Shown in pieces: positions 50,089 to 61,051 of a DNA stretch of 64,000 nucleotides (positions are counted from its first letter, which is position 1; each line of letters begins with the position of its first letter). The stretch covers positions 3,392,001 through 3,456,000 of the forward strand of contig CBDFKD010000002.1 of NCBI GenBank assembly GCA_965248695.1, in the 5' to 3' direction. Below the pieces are notes generated by a model, which was not told the origin of the DNA, did no database searches, and saw only the letters and a list, made by a program, of their open reading frames with translations. Position numbers and translations under genes: made by a program. Origin of the DNA: Acidobacteriota bacterium (GTDB taxonomy: Bacteria > Acidobacteriota > UBA890 > WLXD01).

Positions 50089-51906
50089 TTGACGACTAAC
50101 GACAAGCTCAACACCTGGGTTGACGAGGTCCGACAGCTCTGCCGGCCGGACGCCGTGATGTGGTGCGACGGCTCTGCCGAGGAGTACGACCGGCTGAGCC
50201 AGCTCATGGTCGAGTCGGGCACCTACATCCGACTGGATGCGGAGCAACGACCCAACAGCTTTCTGTGTCGCTCCGATCCCGCCGATGTCGCTCGCGTCGA
50301 GGATCGGACGTTCATCTGCTCGGAGTTGGAGGCAGACGCAGGACCGACGAACAATTGGACCGACCCGGACGGTATGCGCTCGACCCTACGTGACCTCTAC
50401 GACGGTTGCATGCGGGGCCGCACGATGTACGTCATCCCTTACTCCATGGGGCCGATCGGTAGCCCGATCTCCAAGATCGGTATCGAGATCAGCGACTCGC
50501 CGTACGTGGTGTGCAATCTGCACATCATGGCGCGTGTAGGAACCGCCGTTCTCGAGGTGCTCGGCAACGACGACAGCTTCGTACGCGGGCTGCACTCGGT
50601 CGGCTACCCGCTGACCAGCAGCAAGCAGCCCGACTTGCCCTGGCCATGCGACGCCAACAACAAGTACATCGCGCACTTCCCGGAGACCCGCGAGATCATG
50701 TCGTACGGCTCCGGCTATGGCGGCAACGCTCTGCTCGGCAAGAAGTGTCACGCGCTACGGATCGCCTCGGTACAAGCGCGCGACAACGGCTGGCTGGCCG
50801 AGCACATGCTGATCCTCAAGCTCACATCACCGGCCGGCGACGTGAAGTACATCACCGCCGCGTTCCCCAGCGCCTGCGGCAAGACCAACCTGGCGATGAT
50901 GAACCCGACGCTGCCGGGCTGGAAAGTGGAGACCATCGGCGATGACATCGCCTGGATGAAGTTCGGGGAGGACGGCCGTCTGTACGCCATCAACCCCGAA
51001 GCCGGCTTCTTCGGCGTCGCCCCTGGAACCAGCGACCGGTCCAACGCCAACGCCATGCTGTCGATGGCGTCCAACGCCATCTTCACCAACTGCGCGCTCA
51101 CCAAGGAGGGCGATGCGTGGTGGGAGGGGATGACGCCGGAATCACCCGCCGAGCTGGTCGATTGGCTGCGACGCCCGTGGACTCCAGATTCGGGGCGGCC
51201 GGCTGCCCATCCGAACGCCCGCTTCACCGCTCCGGCACGCCAGTGTCCGGTCATCGCCCCTGAGTGGGAGGACCCCGACGGTGTCCCCATCAGCGCGTTC
51301 CTCTTCGGCGGCCGCCGCGAGACCGTGATCCCACTCGTTACCGAAGCCTTTGACTGGGAGCATGGCACCTTCCTGGGCTCGATCATGTCGTCCGCGAAGA
51401 CCGCGGCCGCTGCCGGGCAGATCGGCGAGGTGCGCCGCGACCCGATGGCGATGCTCCCCTTCTGCGGCTATCACATGGGCGACTACTTCGCGCACTGGCT
51501 GCGTCTGGGCGCCAAGACAGATCCGGCCAAGCTACCCAAGATCTTCTACGTGAACTGGTTCCGCGGTGACGCCGACGGCCGCTTCATCTGGCCAGGCTTC
51601 GGCGACAACTCACGCGTCCTCAGCTGGGTGTTCGATCGCTGTGCCGACGCCGCCGAGAGCGTCGACACCGCGATCGGAAGAGTCCCGACCTGCGACGCCA
51701 TCGACGTCAACGGGCTCGACCTCGCCCCCGGCGACCTCGAGGAGCTCCTGCGCGTCGACATCGACGGCTGGCAACGAGAGATCCCGCAGATCGAAGAGCA
51801 CTACGAGCAGTTCGGCGACCGGCTTCCAGAGGCGCTGACGGATCAGCTCGACGCCCTGAGGACACGGCTGCGGGAAGCGGCGCTGGAGAGCGCGGCGGTC
51901 GGCTAG
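50089..51906 (+). CDS. pckG: GTP-dependent phosphoenolpyruvate carboxykinase
   Basis: [50 protein letters not shown]. Confidence 0.96.
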   Translation: MTTNDKLNTWVDEVRQLCRPDAVMWCDGSAEEYDRLSQLMVESGTYIRLDAEQRPNSFLCRSDPADVARVEDRTFICSELEADAGPTNNWTDPDGMRSTLRDLYDGCMRGRTMYVIPYSMGPIGSPISKIGIEISDSPYVVCNLHIMARVGTAVLEVLGNDDSFVRGLHSVGYPLTSSKQPDLPWPCDANNKYIAHFPETREIMSYGSGYGGNALLGKKCHALRIASVQARDNGWLAEHMLILKLTSPAGDVKYITAAFPSACGKTNLAMMNPTLPGWKVETIGDDIAWMKFGEDGRLYAINPEAGFFGVAPGTSDRSNANAMLSMASNAIFTNCALTKEGDAWWEGMTPESPAELVDWLRRPWTPDSGRPAAHPNARFTAPARQCPVIAPEWEDPDGVPISAFLFGGRRETVIPLVTEAFDWEHGTFLGSIMSSAKTAAAAGQIGEVRRDPMAMLPFCGYHMGDYFAHWLRLGAKTDPAKLPKIFYVNWFRGDADGRFIWPGFGDNSRVLSWVFDRCADAAESVDTAIGRVPTCDAIDVNGLDLAPGDLEELLRVDIDGWQREIPQIEEHYEQFGDRLPEALTDQLDALRTRLREAALESAAVG

Positions 51907-51917
51907 ATTGGGCAAGC

Positions 51918-52056
51918 GAGGGGGTAGCCATGACCGGGCTCTTCCAGCGGTCACCGCCTGGCGTCGGATCGGCTGGGTTGCTCTCGCGTCAAAGCTCGTA
52001 GTCCGGTCATGGCCGTGCAGGCGATGCTGGTAGAGCCCGGTCATGGCTACCCCCTC
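51918..52056. repeat. 31-bp inverted repeat pair (REP/REPIN-like)
   Basis: GAGGGGGTAGCCATGACCGGGCTCTTCCAGC and GCTGGTAGAGCCCGGTCATGGCTACCCCCTC, 1 mismatch; a partial third copy lies inside. Confidence 0.8.
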
Positions 52057-52210
52057 TGTCACCACTTCTAGCGGCGCGCGCTCTGAGCGCTTCCCGACAG
52101 ACCGAGGACAGGCGTCGAGCTGATCCGCCATCACGTAGGAACCCGCGACTCCGATCTACTCTGGGACGGACAACGCCGCCCGAACACCAGAGACCTTCTC
52201 CGACGGTCGC

Positions 52211-52359
52211 CGCGGTGGGGCGGGTGCGTTATGCGCCCTAGCCAGGCCCGCTGGCACGGCGTTGAAAAACCGCAATCGATGAGGCGTTGACTACCCAGTC
52301 CATCACCCACAGACGCTCCACCCTGGCGTAGGCGCATAGCGCACCCTGCCCGCACCGCG
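52211..52359. repeat. Imperfect ~36-bp inverted repeat pair (REP-like)
   Basis: CGCGGTGGGGCGGGTGCGTTATGCGCCCTAGCCAGG and CCTGGCGTAGGCGCATAGCGCACCCTGCCCGCACCGCG. Confidence 0.65.
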
Positions 52360-52407
52360 ACTCCTGAGTTGTAGTCGACGCGCGGACGGGAGTAGATTCG
52401 CCGCTCC

Positions 52408-53448
52408 ATGAGCAAGACTCGGACACGACGCGCCTTCCTCCACGGATGCGGCGCAACCATCGGCGGCCTTGGCCTCGGCGCCTGTGTCGGGACAGCTGGC
52501 ACGACGGCGGACGGGCGGCGGATCGTGGAGATGCAGCTCGGCTGGCTGGTGGGCGCCAATCAGCTCGGCGAGGTGGCCGCTGCGCGGCTGGGATACTTCG
52601 ACGACGAGGGAATCGCGTTCCGCGTTCGGCCCGGCGGGGCGAACATCGATGGCGTCGCCATCGTGGCATCGGGGCGCTACCTGGTCGGCGAAACAACCTC
52701 GAGTCCGTCGATCATGCTAGCGGTCTCACAAGGCATACCGATCCGGTGCTTCGCAGTGGCCATGCAGGAGCACCCGTATGCTTACTTCTCCTTTCCCGAG
52801 AACCCGGTACGTGAGCCCGGCGAGCTGGTTGGCAAGCGGGTGGGAATCCAGCCGACCGGCCGCGTGCTGTTGGATGCGCTGCTGGCTCGGCATCGGATCG
52901 ATCCCGCGAAGCTGGAGATACAGGTCGTGGGATCCTCGCTCGTACCGCTGATTACCGGGCAGGTCGACGTGATCACCGGGTGGACGACCAACGCCGCGTC
53001 GCTGCGCCCACTCGGCGGGCGACAGCTCGCGATGCGACTCTGGGACGTCGGAATCCGCCTGTACGCGATGCCGTACTACGCGACCCATCGGGCGCTTCAA
53101 GAAGACGCCGAGATCCTGGCAGCGTTCCTGCGCGCTACGGCACGCGGCTGGGCGTTCGTTCACGGCAGCCCCGAGCGTGCGGTGGAGATGCTCACATCCG
53201 AGTACCCGATCTTGCGGCCCGATGACGAGCTTCATGCGGCTCGGGCGCAGATGCCCTACGTGTTCAACGCCCAGACCGCCGAGGGCGGATGGGGCAGCAT
53301 GTCGGCGGACAACTGGAGGGCGCAGCTGGAGACGTATGAGCGGCTCGGGCAGTTCGCCGGCCCCGCGCCGCAGCTCGACGAGTTGGTTTCGGGCGCCATC
53401 CTCGATGCTACGGAGGATGCGCGCCCGCACCTGGGCGCCCCCGCATGA
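52408..53448 (+). CDS. ABC substrate-binding protein, NMT1/THI5 (NitT/TauT) family, Tat lipoprotein-like
   Basis: TRRAFL...LGAC; QLGW, GYFDDEGI, ELVGKRVG, GQVDV. Confidence 0.88.
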   Translation: MSKTRTRRAFLHGCGATIGGLGLGACVGTAGTTADGRRIVEMQLGWLVGANQLGEVAAARLGYFDDEGIAFRVRPGGANIDGVAIVASGRYLVGETTSSPSIMLAVSQGIPIRCFAVAMQEHPYAYFSFPENPVREPGELVGKRVGIQPTGRVLLDALLARHRIDPAKLEIQVVGSSLVPLITGQVDVITGWTTNAASLRPLGGRQLAMRLWDVGIRLYAMPYYATHRALQEDAEILAAFLRATARGWAFVHGSPERAVEMLTSEYPILRPDDELHAARAQMPYVFNAQTAEGGWGSMSADNWRAQLETYERLGQFAGPAPQLDELVSGAILDATEDARPHLGAPA

Positions 53449-54311
53449 TGGGCGACGAACCGAGCAACGGCGCCGACGCGCAGGGGGATTGCGAGCAGCC
53501 TCCGGTGAGCGGCAGCGGGGCGTTCCTCGCCGCGCCGCGATCGGAGACGCTCGTCGAGCTCGAATCCGTGAACGTCGAGTTCGCCAGCGACCGCGGCACC
53601 GTCGTTGCCCTTCAGGACGTGTCGCTGACCATCGACACGGGCGATTTCCTCACCGTGATCGGTCCCTCGGGTTGTGGCAAGTCGACGCTGCTGCGTGTCA
53701 TCGCAGATCTCGTCACGCCTACGTCCGGAGAAGCTCGACTGCGCGGGCAGGCGCCGGAGATCGCTCGCGAACGCAAGGAGATCGGCTTCGTTTTCCAGGA
53801 ACATGCCTTGCTGCCGTGGCGAAGCGCCCTGGCCAACGTCGAGCTTCCGCTGCAGGTCGGTGCGCGGCGTGCCCCGCCAGCCGACGCCATGACGCCAGCC
53901 CAGCTGCTGACGCTGGTGGGCCTCGCGGACAGGCAGGACGCCCTACCGCACGAGCTCTCGGGAGGTATGCGCCAGCGGGTCGCCATCGCACGGGCGCTGG
54001 TGACCGGGCCTCGACTGTTGCTCATGGATGAGCCTTTCGGTGCGCTCGACGAGATTACCCGCGATCGACTCAATCAGGAGCTGTTGCAGATCTGGCAGAA
54101 GACCGGCACGACGATCGTGTTCGTAACCCACAGCATCTCGGAGGCCTTGTTCCTCGGCCGCCGCGTCCTGGTGCTCGCGGCTCGGCCCGGCCGAGTGCTC
54201 GATGTGGTGACCACCGAGATCCCGGAGCCGCGGCTGCTGTCAGCGCGCGAGAGCGAAGCGTTCGTCCGCCAGGCAGCCGCCCTTCGGGCGCTGCTGGAGC
54301 AGTGCGGATGA
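53445..54311 (+). CDS. ABC ATP-binding protein (NitT/TauT)
   Basis: GPSGCGKST, LSGGMRQR, LLMDEPFGALD, VTHS. Confidence 0.95.
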   Translation: MMGDEPSNGADAQGDCEQPPVSGSGAFLAAPRSETLVELESVNVEFASDRGTVVALQDVSLTIDTGDFLTVIGPSGCGKSTLLRVIADLVTPTSGEARLRGQAPEIARERKEIGFVFQEHALLPWRSALANVELPLQVGARRAPPADAMTPAQLLTLVGLADRQDALPHELSGGMRQRVAIARALVTGPRLLLMDEPFGALDEITRDRLNQELLQIWQKTGTTIVFVTHSISEALFLGRRVLVLAARPGRVLDVVTTEIPEPRLLSARESEAFVRQAAALRALLEQCG

Positions 54312-55054
54312 AGAGCCCACGCTGGCTTCCCGTGCTCAGTGTCACCGGGCTGCTGGCCGCGTGGTCCATGGCTGTGTGGTGGCTGCAAATACCGAGCTAT
54401 CTGGTGCCGTCGCCCCTGGATGTCGCCGAGACACTGTGGCGCGACGCCGGAACGCTGCTCGCAAACCTGATACCCACCGCCATCGAAAGCCTGGCCGGGT
54501 TCCTCCTCGGCAACCTCATGTCCGTGCTGCTCGCCATCGCTTTCGTGCAGCGACGGACCCTGCAAGATGCCTTCTTTCCTATCGTGGTGGTAATCAACAC
54601 CATACCGATCGTCGCCATCGCACCAATTCTAGTGCTGCTTCTGGGCAACGACATGAAGCCCAAGATCGCCATCGCGGCGCTCATCTGCTTCTTCCCGACG
54701 CTGGTGAACATGGTGCGCGGGCTGTCTTCCGTGAATCCACGCTCGGTGGAGCTGATGCGCGTGCTTGCGGCCAGCGATCGCGAGGTGTTCTTGAAGCTGC
54801 GCCTGCCGAACTCGCTGCCGTATCTGTTCGCCTCGCTGCGCATCGCTACGTCGACGGCGGTGATCGGCGCCATCGTCGGTGAGTGGATCGGCAGCACAGC
54901 CGGGCTGGGCGCTCTCATCATCCAGGCGACATACAACTTCGATACGCCGCTGCTGTACGCTTCGGTCGTCCTCGCCTCTGCGTTCTCGGTCACCTTCTTT
55001 GCCGCCGTCGGCTGGCTCGAGCGACGCATCGTCACCTGGGATGCCGCGCCATGA
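54308..55054 (+). CDS. ABC permease (NitT/TauT)
   Basis: PSP, IPIVAIAP, FFP, LPNSLPYLF, GAIVGEW. Confidence 0.92.
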   Translation: MKSPRWLPVLSVTGLLAAWSMAVWWLQIPSYLVPSPLDVAETLWRDAGTLLANLIPTAIESLAGFLLGNLMSVLLAIAFVQRRTLQDAFFPIVVVINTIPIVAIAPILVLLLGNDMKPKIAIAALICFFPTLVNMVRGLSSVNPRSVELMRVLAASDREVFLKLRLPNSLPYLFASLRIATSTAVIGAIVGEWIGSTAGLGALIIQATYNFDTPLLYASVVLASAFSVTFFAAVGWLERRIVTWDAAP

Positions 55055-56415
55055 CCTCCGATTTCATCGTCGAGCCACAGCGCCGCACACCGGTCGTTGA
55101 CCGCTGCGATGTGATCGTCGTGGGCGGCGGTCCGGCCGGACTGGCGGCGGCCGTGGCGGCGGCGCGAAACGGCGCCCGCGTGACCCTGTTGGAGCGCTAC
55201 TCGCACCTCGGCGGCCTCGCCTCGGGTGGCCAAGTGCTGGTGCTCGACGACATGTGCGACGGCGACGAGGTGGTGGTTCGCGGCATCTGCCAGGAGATCG
55301 TCGACCGCATGGACCGGATGGGGCTGGCCGTCTACCCGCCTCCTGAAGATCGCCGCAAGAGCCCAGAAATGTCGCGCAAGTGGTCGCGCTGGGGGTTGTA
55401 CGACTACTACTCGCGTGAGCGGCCGCAACCGATCCTCTACGCAGTGGCGTTCGACCCCGAAGCCTGGAAGCGCGCCTCCGAGGATCTGGTGGCCGAAAGC
55501 GACATGCAGTTGCGGCTACATTCGTGGTTCTCGGCTCCGGTGGTGACCGACGGGCGGGTCGAAGGAGTCATCTGCGACACCAAGGAAGGTAGGCAGGCGA
55601 TTCTCGGCGACGTGGTCATCGATGCCACCGGCGATCTCGACGTGGCCGTACGGGCCGGCGCCGACTTCGTCGGCGGCTCGTACATGCTGACCACCGTGTT
55701 CCGCCTCGGCGACGTTGATACCGACGTTGCGGAGCGCTTCGAGGCTGAGGAGCACGACGAGTTCGCCCGGCTCGACCGCCAGGCCCGCAAGATCCTCGGC
55801 GGCTCCTGGGCTCGCTGGTGGCTGAAGACGCCGCTGCCGGGAGTCGTATGGTGCAATTGCCCGCACCTGACCGGATTCGATGGCGTCAAGGTGGGTGACC
55901 TGACGGCTGCCGTCCTCGAGGGACGCCGTCGAATCGATGCCCTGATCGAGTACGCCCGCGCGCAGCTGCCGGGCTTCGAGCGCTGTCAGTTGGTCGACGT
56001 GGCGCCGCAGACCGGGGTGCGACAGACGCGCATGCTGCAGGGCGAGTACGTCGTGACCCACGACGACGTCGCCAACCGGGTGCACTTCACCGATAGCATT
56101 GCGCGCGGGCGCGACTACTACACGCCGTACCGGGCCTTGCTGCCGCGCAGCATCGATCAATTGCTGGTGGCCGGGCGACACTACTCGGTGACCCCCGAGG
56201 CACAGAAGACCTCGCGCGAGATTCCGCCGTGCATGGCGATGGGCGAGGCGGCCGGCGTCGCCGCGGCGATGGCGCTCGAGTCCGGAGAGACAGTGCGAGA
56301 TGTCGACGTGACCAGACTGCAAGCGCGGCTTCGGGAGCAGGGAGCCGATCCGGGCGAGACACCGTCCGCAACCGCGACGATCCGAGATGGCGTGTCGGCG
56401 GGAGCCCGGAGTTGA
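55051..56415 (+). CDS. FAD-dependent oxidoreductase (FAD_oxidored family)
   Basis: VGGGPAG, ERYSHLGG, IDATGD, PYRALLP, AGRH, CMAMGEAAG. Confidence 0.88.
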   Translation: MTSDFIVEPQRRTPVVDRCDVIVVGGGPAGLAAAVAAARNGARVTLLERYSHLGGLASGGQVLVLDDMCDGDEVVVRGICQEIVDRMDRMGLAVYPPPEDRRKSPEMSRKWSRWGLYDYYSRERPQPILYAVAFDPEAWKRASEDLVAESDMQLRLHSWFSAPVVTDGRVEGVICDTKEGRQAILGDVVIDATGDLDVAVRAGADFVGGSYMLTTVFRLGDVDTDVAERFEAEEHDEFARLDRQARKILGGSWARWWLKTPLPGVVWCNCPHLTGFDGVKVGDLTAAVLEGRRRIDALIEYARAQLPGFERCQLVDVAPQTGVRQTRMLQGEYVVTHDDVANRVHFTDSIARGRDYYTPYRALLPRSIDQLLVAGRHYSVTPEAQKTSREIPPCMAMGEAAGVAAAMALESGETVRDVDVTRLQARLREQGADPGETPSATATIRDGVSAGARS

Positions 56416-57599
56416 GCCGTTCGCTTCCGCTGAGCGGCGTTCGGATCATCGATATGACCCAGGTGATGCTCGGCCCCTGTGGCACGCAAGTGCTGGGCGA
56501 CTACGGCGCCGATGTGATCAAGATCGAGCGACCGGGGAGCGGCGACCTCATGCGCTGGGCTTTACCGGACGACCCCGATGGGTCCGACAACCCGGTGTTC
56601 GGCAGCCTCAACCGCAACAAGCGGAGCCTGGCGCTCGATCTGAAGTCCCCTGAGGGAAACCAGATCCTGATCGACTTGCTACGCGACGCCGACGTGGTGA
56701 CCAACAACTTCCGTGCCGGTGTGATGCAGCGCATGGGGCTGAGCTACGAGCTCCTTGCAGAGATCAACCCCGGCATCATCTACGCCACCGGTACCGGATT
56801 CGGGAGCCGCGGACCGAACGCCCACAAGGGCGGCCAGGACGTCCTGGCGCAAGCAGTCTCCGGCGCCATGGCAAGACGGTCGAACCCCGACGATCCGCTC
56901 AGCATCTACCCCACCGCTCTGGCCGACTATGCCGCCGGCATGCATCTGGTACAGGCAATCCTGCTGGCACTGCTCGAACGTCAACAGACGGGAATGGGGC
57001 AGACGGTCGAAGTCTCGCTGTACGACTCGATGCTGGCGATGCAAATGCAGGAAGCAGCGATGTGGCTGATGCGTGAGGACGAGCTCAACTGGGGCGCCAT
57101 GCCGCTGTCCGGCGTGTTCACGACCACCGATGGAGCTCTGGTGCTGGTGGGAGCTTTCAAACGCCATCCTCTACGAGACATCTCGACCGCGCTGGGAATC
57201 GACGACCTGTCCGAGGATCCGCGTTTCGATTCCATGGGTCAGATGGTTCAGAACCGTGCCGAGCTACAGGCGATCTTCCGTCAGCGGTTCGCGCAGCAAA
57301 GCACCGCCCACTGGATCGCCGCACTCGAGACCCAGGATCTGCTCTGCGCCCCGGTTCGGTCGCTCGGCGAGGCACTGGTCGACGAGCAAACAGCGATCAA
57401 CGACATGATCGTCGAGATGACGCACCCCAGCGGCTCTCGCCTGCACGCCGTCGCCACGCCGATCGTCATGGGGGGCGAGCGCACGCGTTGCGCTGAGGCG
57501 CCGCCGCGACTCGGAGAGCACTCCGACGCCATCCTCGACGAGCTCGGCTACGATGCCGACGCCATCGCCGCGTTGCGAGCGAGCGGGATCGTAGCGTGA
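56412..57599 (+). CDS. Family III (CaiB/BaiF) CoA-transferase
   Basis: GADVIKIERPGSGD, NRNKRSLALDLK, GFGSRGP, ALADYAAG (catalytic Asp), PRLGEHS. Confidence 0.92.
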   Translation: MSRSLPLSGVRIIDMTQVMLGPCGTQVLGDYGADVIKIERPGSGDLMRWALPDDPDGSDNPVFGSLNRNKRSLALDLKSPEGNQILIDLLRDADVVTNNFRAGVMQRMGLSYELLAEINPGIIYATGTGFGSRGPNAHKGGQDVLAQAVSGAMARRSNPDDPLSIYPTALADYAAGMHLVQAILLALLERQQTGMGQTVEVSLYDSMLAMQMQEAAMWLMREDELNWGAMPLSGVFTTTDGALVLVGAFKRHPLRDISTALGIDDLSEDPRFDSMGQMVQNRAELQAIFRQRFAQQSTAHWIAALETQDLLCAPVRSLGEALVDEQTAINDMIVEMTHPSGSRLHAVATPIVMGGERTRCAEAPPRLGEHSDAILDELGYDADAIAALRASGIVA

Positions 57600-58381
57600 G
57601 CGTCCAGCTCCAGATCGCCGACCACGTCGCACGGGTGACCATCGATCGGCCCGAGGTGCTCAACGCCGTAGACCAGGCAACCGAACGACAGTTGCGGGCA
57701 CTATGGGAGGAGCTCGAGTCGAATCGGGATGTTCGCGCTATCGTGGTAACCGGCGCCGGAAATCGCGCCTTCTGCGTTGGCGCCGACCTCAAGAGTGCGG
57801 CCGAAGGAGAGCAGGTAACCGGGCTCGAGTACCTGGCGAGCCGACGTCATGGCGGTTTCGCCGGTCTGGCGATGAACGACGAATTGATCACCCCGGTGGT
57901 GGCGCGGGTCAACGGTTACGCGCTCGGCGGAGGCCTCGAGATGCTGCTGGGGTGTGATATCGCCGTCGCCTGCACCGAGGCTCGGTTCGGCTTTCCCGAG
58001 CCGCGCGTCGGCCGCTTGCCGCTCGACGGAGGGATGACGCTGCTGGGCCGCAAGATCGGCGACAAGGCGGCCATGGGGCTGCTGCTCACCGGACGCCAGA
58101 TCGATGCCACCGAGGCCGCGCGTCTCGGGCTCGTGAACGAGGTCGTACCTCGAACAGATCTCGACGAGACGGTGGATCGCTGGGTCACAGATATTCTCGC
58201 CTGCGCCCCGCTGGCCACGCGGGCGATCAAGCAGGCGGTGCGGCAAACAGCCCATCAGAGCGTCGCCGAGGCGGCCGCGCAACGTCTGCCCGCGGTCCTC
58301 GCGGCGGTCGACTCCGACGACGCCGAGGAAGGGGTGCGGGCGTTCGCGGAGAAGCGGCAGCCCGTTTGGAAAGGCCGCTAG
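57596..58381 (+). CDS. Enoyl-CoA hydratase/isomerase
   Basis: AFCVGADL, GGGLE, FPE, EGVRAFAEKR. Confidence 0.92.
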   Translation: MSVQLQIADHVARVTIDRPEVLNAVDQATERQLRALWEELESNRDVRAIVVTGAGNRAFCVGADLKSAAEGEQVTGLEYLASRRHGGFAGLAMNDELITPVVARVNGYALGGGLEMLLGCDIAVACTEARFGFPEPRVGRLPLDGGMTLLGRKIGDKAAMGLLLTGRQIDATEAARLGLVNEVVPRTDLDETVDRWVTDILACAPLATRAIKQAVRQTAHQSVAEAAAQRLPAVLAAVDSDDAEEGVRAFAEKRQPVWKGR

Positions 58382-58432
58382 TCGCTCGAGCAGGCCGCGA
58401 CATTCGCGGCGCCGAAAGTTGGAGAACAACAA

Positions 58433-61051
58433 TTAGCCGGGGTCGGCCTCGCTAGCGCTCGCCGCGTCCTGCGCCAGGACTCGATAGGCGTCGGCCTCAC
58501 CCGGCCGGGCCCACGCCTCGTACAAGTGCACCAGATCCGCGGCAATATCGCCGAGCAGCTGCGCGTCGGGGTCGGCCTGTGATTGAGCCGTCTGCATTGC
58601 CTCGAGTAGGGCGCGCTCGGACTGCCGGTAGCGTCCGAGGTCCAGCAGACTCCTCGCATACGCGCCGCTGACCCAGATCAGTTCCTCGGGGCCCGATTCA
58701 GGGTCGCGGCGAATCACTCCCAGCGCCTCGGCATAATAGGGCTCGGCGCGCTCTGGACTACCACTGCCCATCTCCACATGGCCGAGGCTGACGAGCGTGT
58801 CCGCCACGTTCAGCCCCTCACCCCAGATCAGCCGCGACATCCGTAACGACTCCAGAAACAGCTCGCGTGCCTCAGTATGCTCGCCGCGCTCGTCGAGAAG
58901 CACGGCGAGGTTCTCCAGTGCGTTGACCACTCCAGGGTGGCGGTCGCCCAGAACCTTGCGATTCATCGCCAGCGCCTCGCGCAGCAGCGGCTCCGCCGCC
59001 TCCAGTCGCTCGCGGTCCATCAACAGCGCGGCCAGGTTCGACAGCGAGGTCGCAAGCTCGGGGTGCTCGTCGCCGAGGGTCGCCCTCGACAGCTCCAGTG
59101 ACTCGCGATACAGACGCTCGGCGTCGTCGAGCTCCCCACGGTCGTGGTGGATCGTCGCCAAGTTGTTGAGGCTGGATGCCACGTCCCGGTGATCCGGGCC
59201 CAGAACCAGGCGCCGGATCTGCAAGACCTCGCGGTACATGTTCTCGGCCTGCCCGAGGTTGCCGCGCTCGTGAAGGACGTTAGCGAGATTGTCCAGCACC
59301 TCGGCGACGTCGGCATGCTGGCGGCCGCGGAATCGCTCACGCGTCTCCAGCGACTCCCTGTACAGCTGCTCGGCGTCCTGCAGATCGCCGCGGTCGAAGC
59401 GCACCTCACCAAGGCTGTTGAGGGTTGCGGCAGTCTCGAGGCTGGCCCCGCTCGCCTCTCTACGGAGGGTCAACGCCGATCGCAGCTGCCCCTCGGCCTC
59501 CTCCAGTCGCCCCAACCGCGCGAACGTGGTGCCGATCGTGTGGCGCACCGCCGCCTGCAGGTCGGGTTGATCCGCGAAGGTGGCAGCAATGCGCGGCACC
59601 GCCGCTTCGACGGACTCGATCACGGTCACGTCGCGGCCTACCCCCCGGATCGGATCCGCGGACGCCATGATCTCCTGCAAGAAGTCACTCACTGCCGTGG
59701 CGCGCTCGGCCGACCGTTCGGCGCGGTCGCGCTCGACGGCCACCTGACCGGACTGCACGACGATCGTCGCGGCCAGCGCCAGGCCGAACACCGCCGCCGT
59801 CGCCCCGACGGCGACGCCCAGACGATGACGACCCACGAACTTGCCGGCGCGGTAGCCCAGGGTATCGGCGCGGGCTCTGACCGGAAGCCCCTTCAGATGG
59901 CGTTGGACATCGTCCGAGAAGTGCTCGACCGACGAATACCGTCGGTTGGGCTCCTTGCGCAGCGCCATGAGCACGATGTTGTCGAGATCACCTGTGAGCG
60001 CACGCTGCAACCGTTCCGGCACCGCGCCGCGCGCTTCCGCAATCGCGGCCGGGTCGAGGCGGGGAGCCGATCCCAACGACCGCGCCGCGCTCTTTGTCTG
60101 CGGCACCACATCACTCGGGCGCGATGGGTGCGTCGTACCAACCAGGACCTCGATGTCCGGCATCGGGAGGTTGTCGAGCTGGAACGGACGTCGACCGGTC
60201 AACAGCTCATAGAGCAGCACGCCTAGCGAGTACACGTCGCTCGTGGTGGTGATGGCGCCGCCGCGTATCTGTTCCGGGCTGGCATACTCCGGCGTCATCA
60301 CTCGCATCTCGAGCACGGTCGGGTCCTGGACCCCCGCCGACAGCTCGGGGTTGAGCAGCTTGGCGATGCCGAAGTCGAGGAGCTTGGGCACCCCGTCCGC
60401 CGATACGAGGATGTTCCCCGGTTTGATGTCGCGATGCACCACCAGATTCTGGTGCGCCACCTGGACCGCAGAACACACCAGGCAGAACAGCTCCAGACGT
60501 TCGTCGACCGACAGCTGGTTGCGGTCGCAGTAGACGTTGATCGGCTCACCTTCGATGTACTCCATGACGAAGTACGGCAGGCCGTCATCGGTCGAGCCAC
60601 CATCCAGCAGACGGGCAATGAACGGATGGTCGATGCTGGCGAGAATCTGACGCTCGCCGCGAAAGCGTCGCAGAATATCGGCCGTCGCCATCCCGCGCCG
60701 TACGACCTTGATGGCGACGCGTCGCTGAAACTCGTCGTCATCGCGAACGGCGAGGTAAACGCTGCCGGTGCCGCCGCGACCGATTCGGCGCAGCACCTTG
60801 TAGTGACCGATGCGCTCTCCGATACGCGAGCCGCCGTCGCGTAGGTCGATCACCTGGGCCGCCGCAGCCTGCGGCGGGTCATCGAGAAAGTCGGCCGCCG
60901 AATCGTGCGACGACAGCAGCGTGCGGACCTCCCGGCGCAAGGTCTCGTCACCGGCAGTGGCGTCGTCGATGAATGCCTCGCGCTCGTCGGCAGGCCGCTC
61001 GAGGGCCTGCTGGAAGAGCTCCTTCACACGTCGCCAGCGATCCGCGTTCAC
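58433..61051 (-). CDS. Ser/Thr protein kinase with TM and TPR repeats (ECF-associated)
   Basis: GRGGTG, VAIK, HRDIKPGN, DFG, TPEYASPE; TM; repeated HPDVA..LNNLA TPRs. GTGA overlap with the ECF gene. Confidence 0.93.
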   Translation of the reverse strand: MNADRWRRVKELFQQALERPADEREAFIDDATAGDETLRREVRTLLSSHDSAADFLDDPPQAAAAQVIDLRDGGSRIGERIGHYKVLRRIGRGGTGSVYLAVRDDDEFQRRVAIKVVRRGMATADILRRFRGERQILASIDHPFIARLLDGGSTDDGLPYFVMEYIEGEPINVYCDRNQLSVDERLELFCLVCSAVQVAHQNLVVHRDIKPGNILVSADGVPKLLDFGIAKLLNPELSAGVQDPTVLEMRVMTPEYASPEQIRGGAITTTSDVYSLGVLLYELLTGRRPFQLDNLPMPDIEVLVGTTHPSRPSDVVPQTKSAARSLGSAPRLDPAAIAEARGAVPERLQRALTGDLDNIVLMALRKEPNRRYSSVEHFSDDVQRHLKGLPVRARADTLGYRAGKFVGRHRLGVAVGATAAVFGLALAATIVVQSGQVAVERDRAERSAERATAVSDFLQEIMASADPIRGVGRDVTVIESVEAAVPRIAATFADQPDLQAAVRHTIGTTFARLGRLEEAEGQLRSALTLRREASGASLETAATLNSLGEVRFDRGDLQDAEQLYRESLETRERFRGRQHADVAEVLDNLANVLHERGNLGQAENMYREVLQIRRLVLGPDHRDVASSLNNLATIHHDRGELDDAERLYRESLELSRATLGDEHPELATSLSNLAALLMDRERLEAAEPLLREALAMNRKVLGDRHPGVVNALENLAVLLDERGEHTEARELFLESLRMSRLIWGEGLNVADTLVSLGHVEMGSGSPERAEPYYAEALGVIRRDPESGPEELIWVSGAYARSLLDLGRYRQSERALLEAMQTAQSQADPDAQLLGDIAADLVHLYEAWARPGEADAYRVLAQDAASASEADPG

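Noticed and set aside
52060-52407. Possible TPP riboswitch ahead of the THI5-like binding protein
   Set aside because: No CTGAGA...ACCTGA core; the structure is explained by REP-like inverted repeats.
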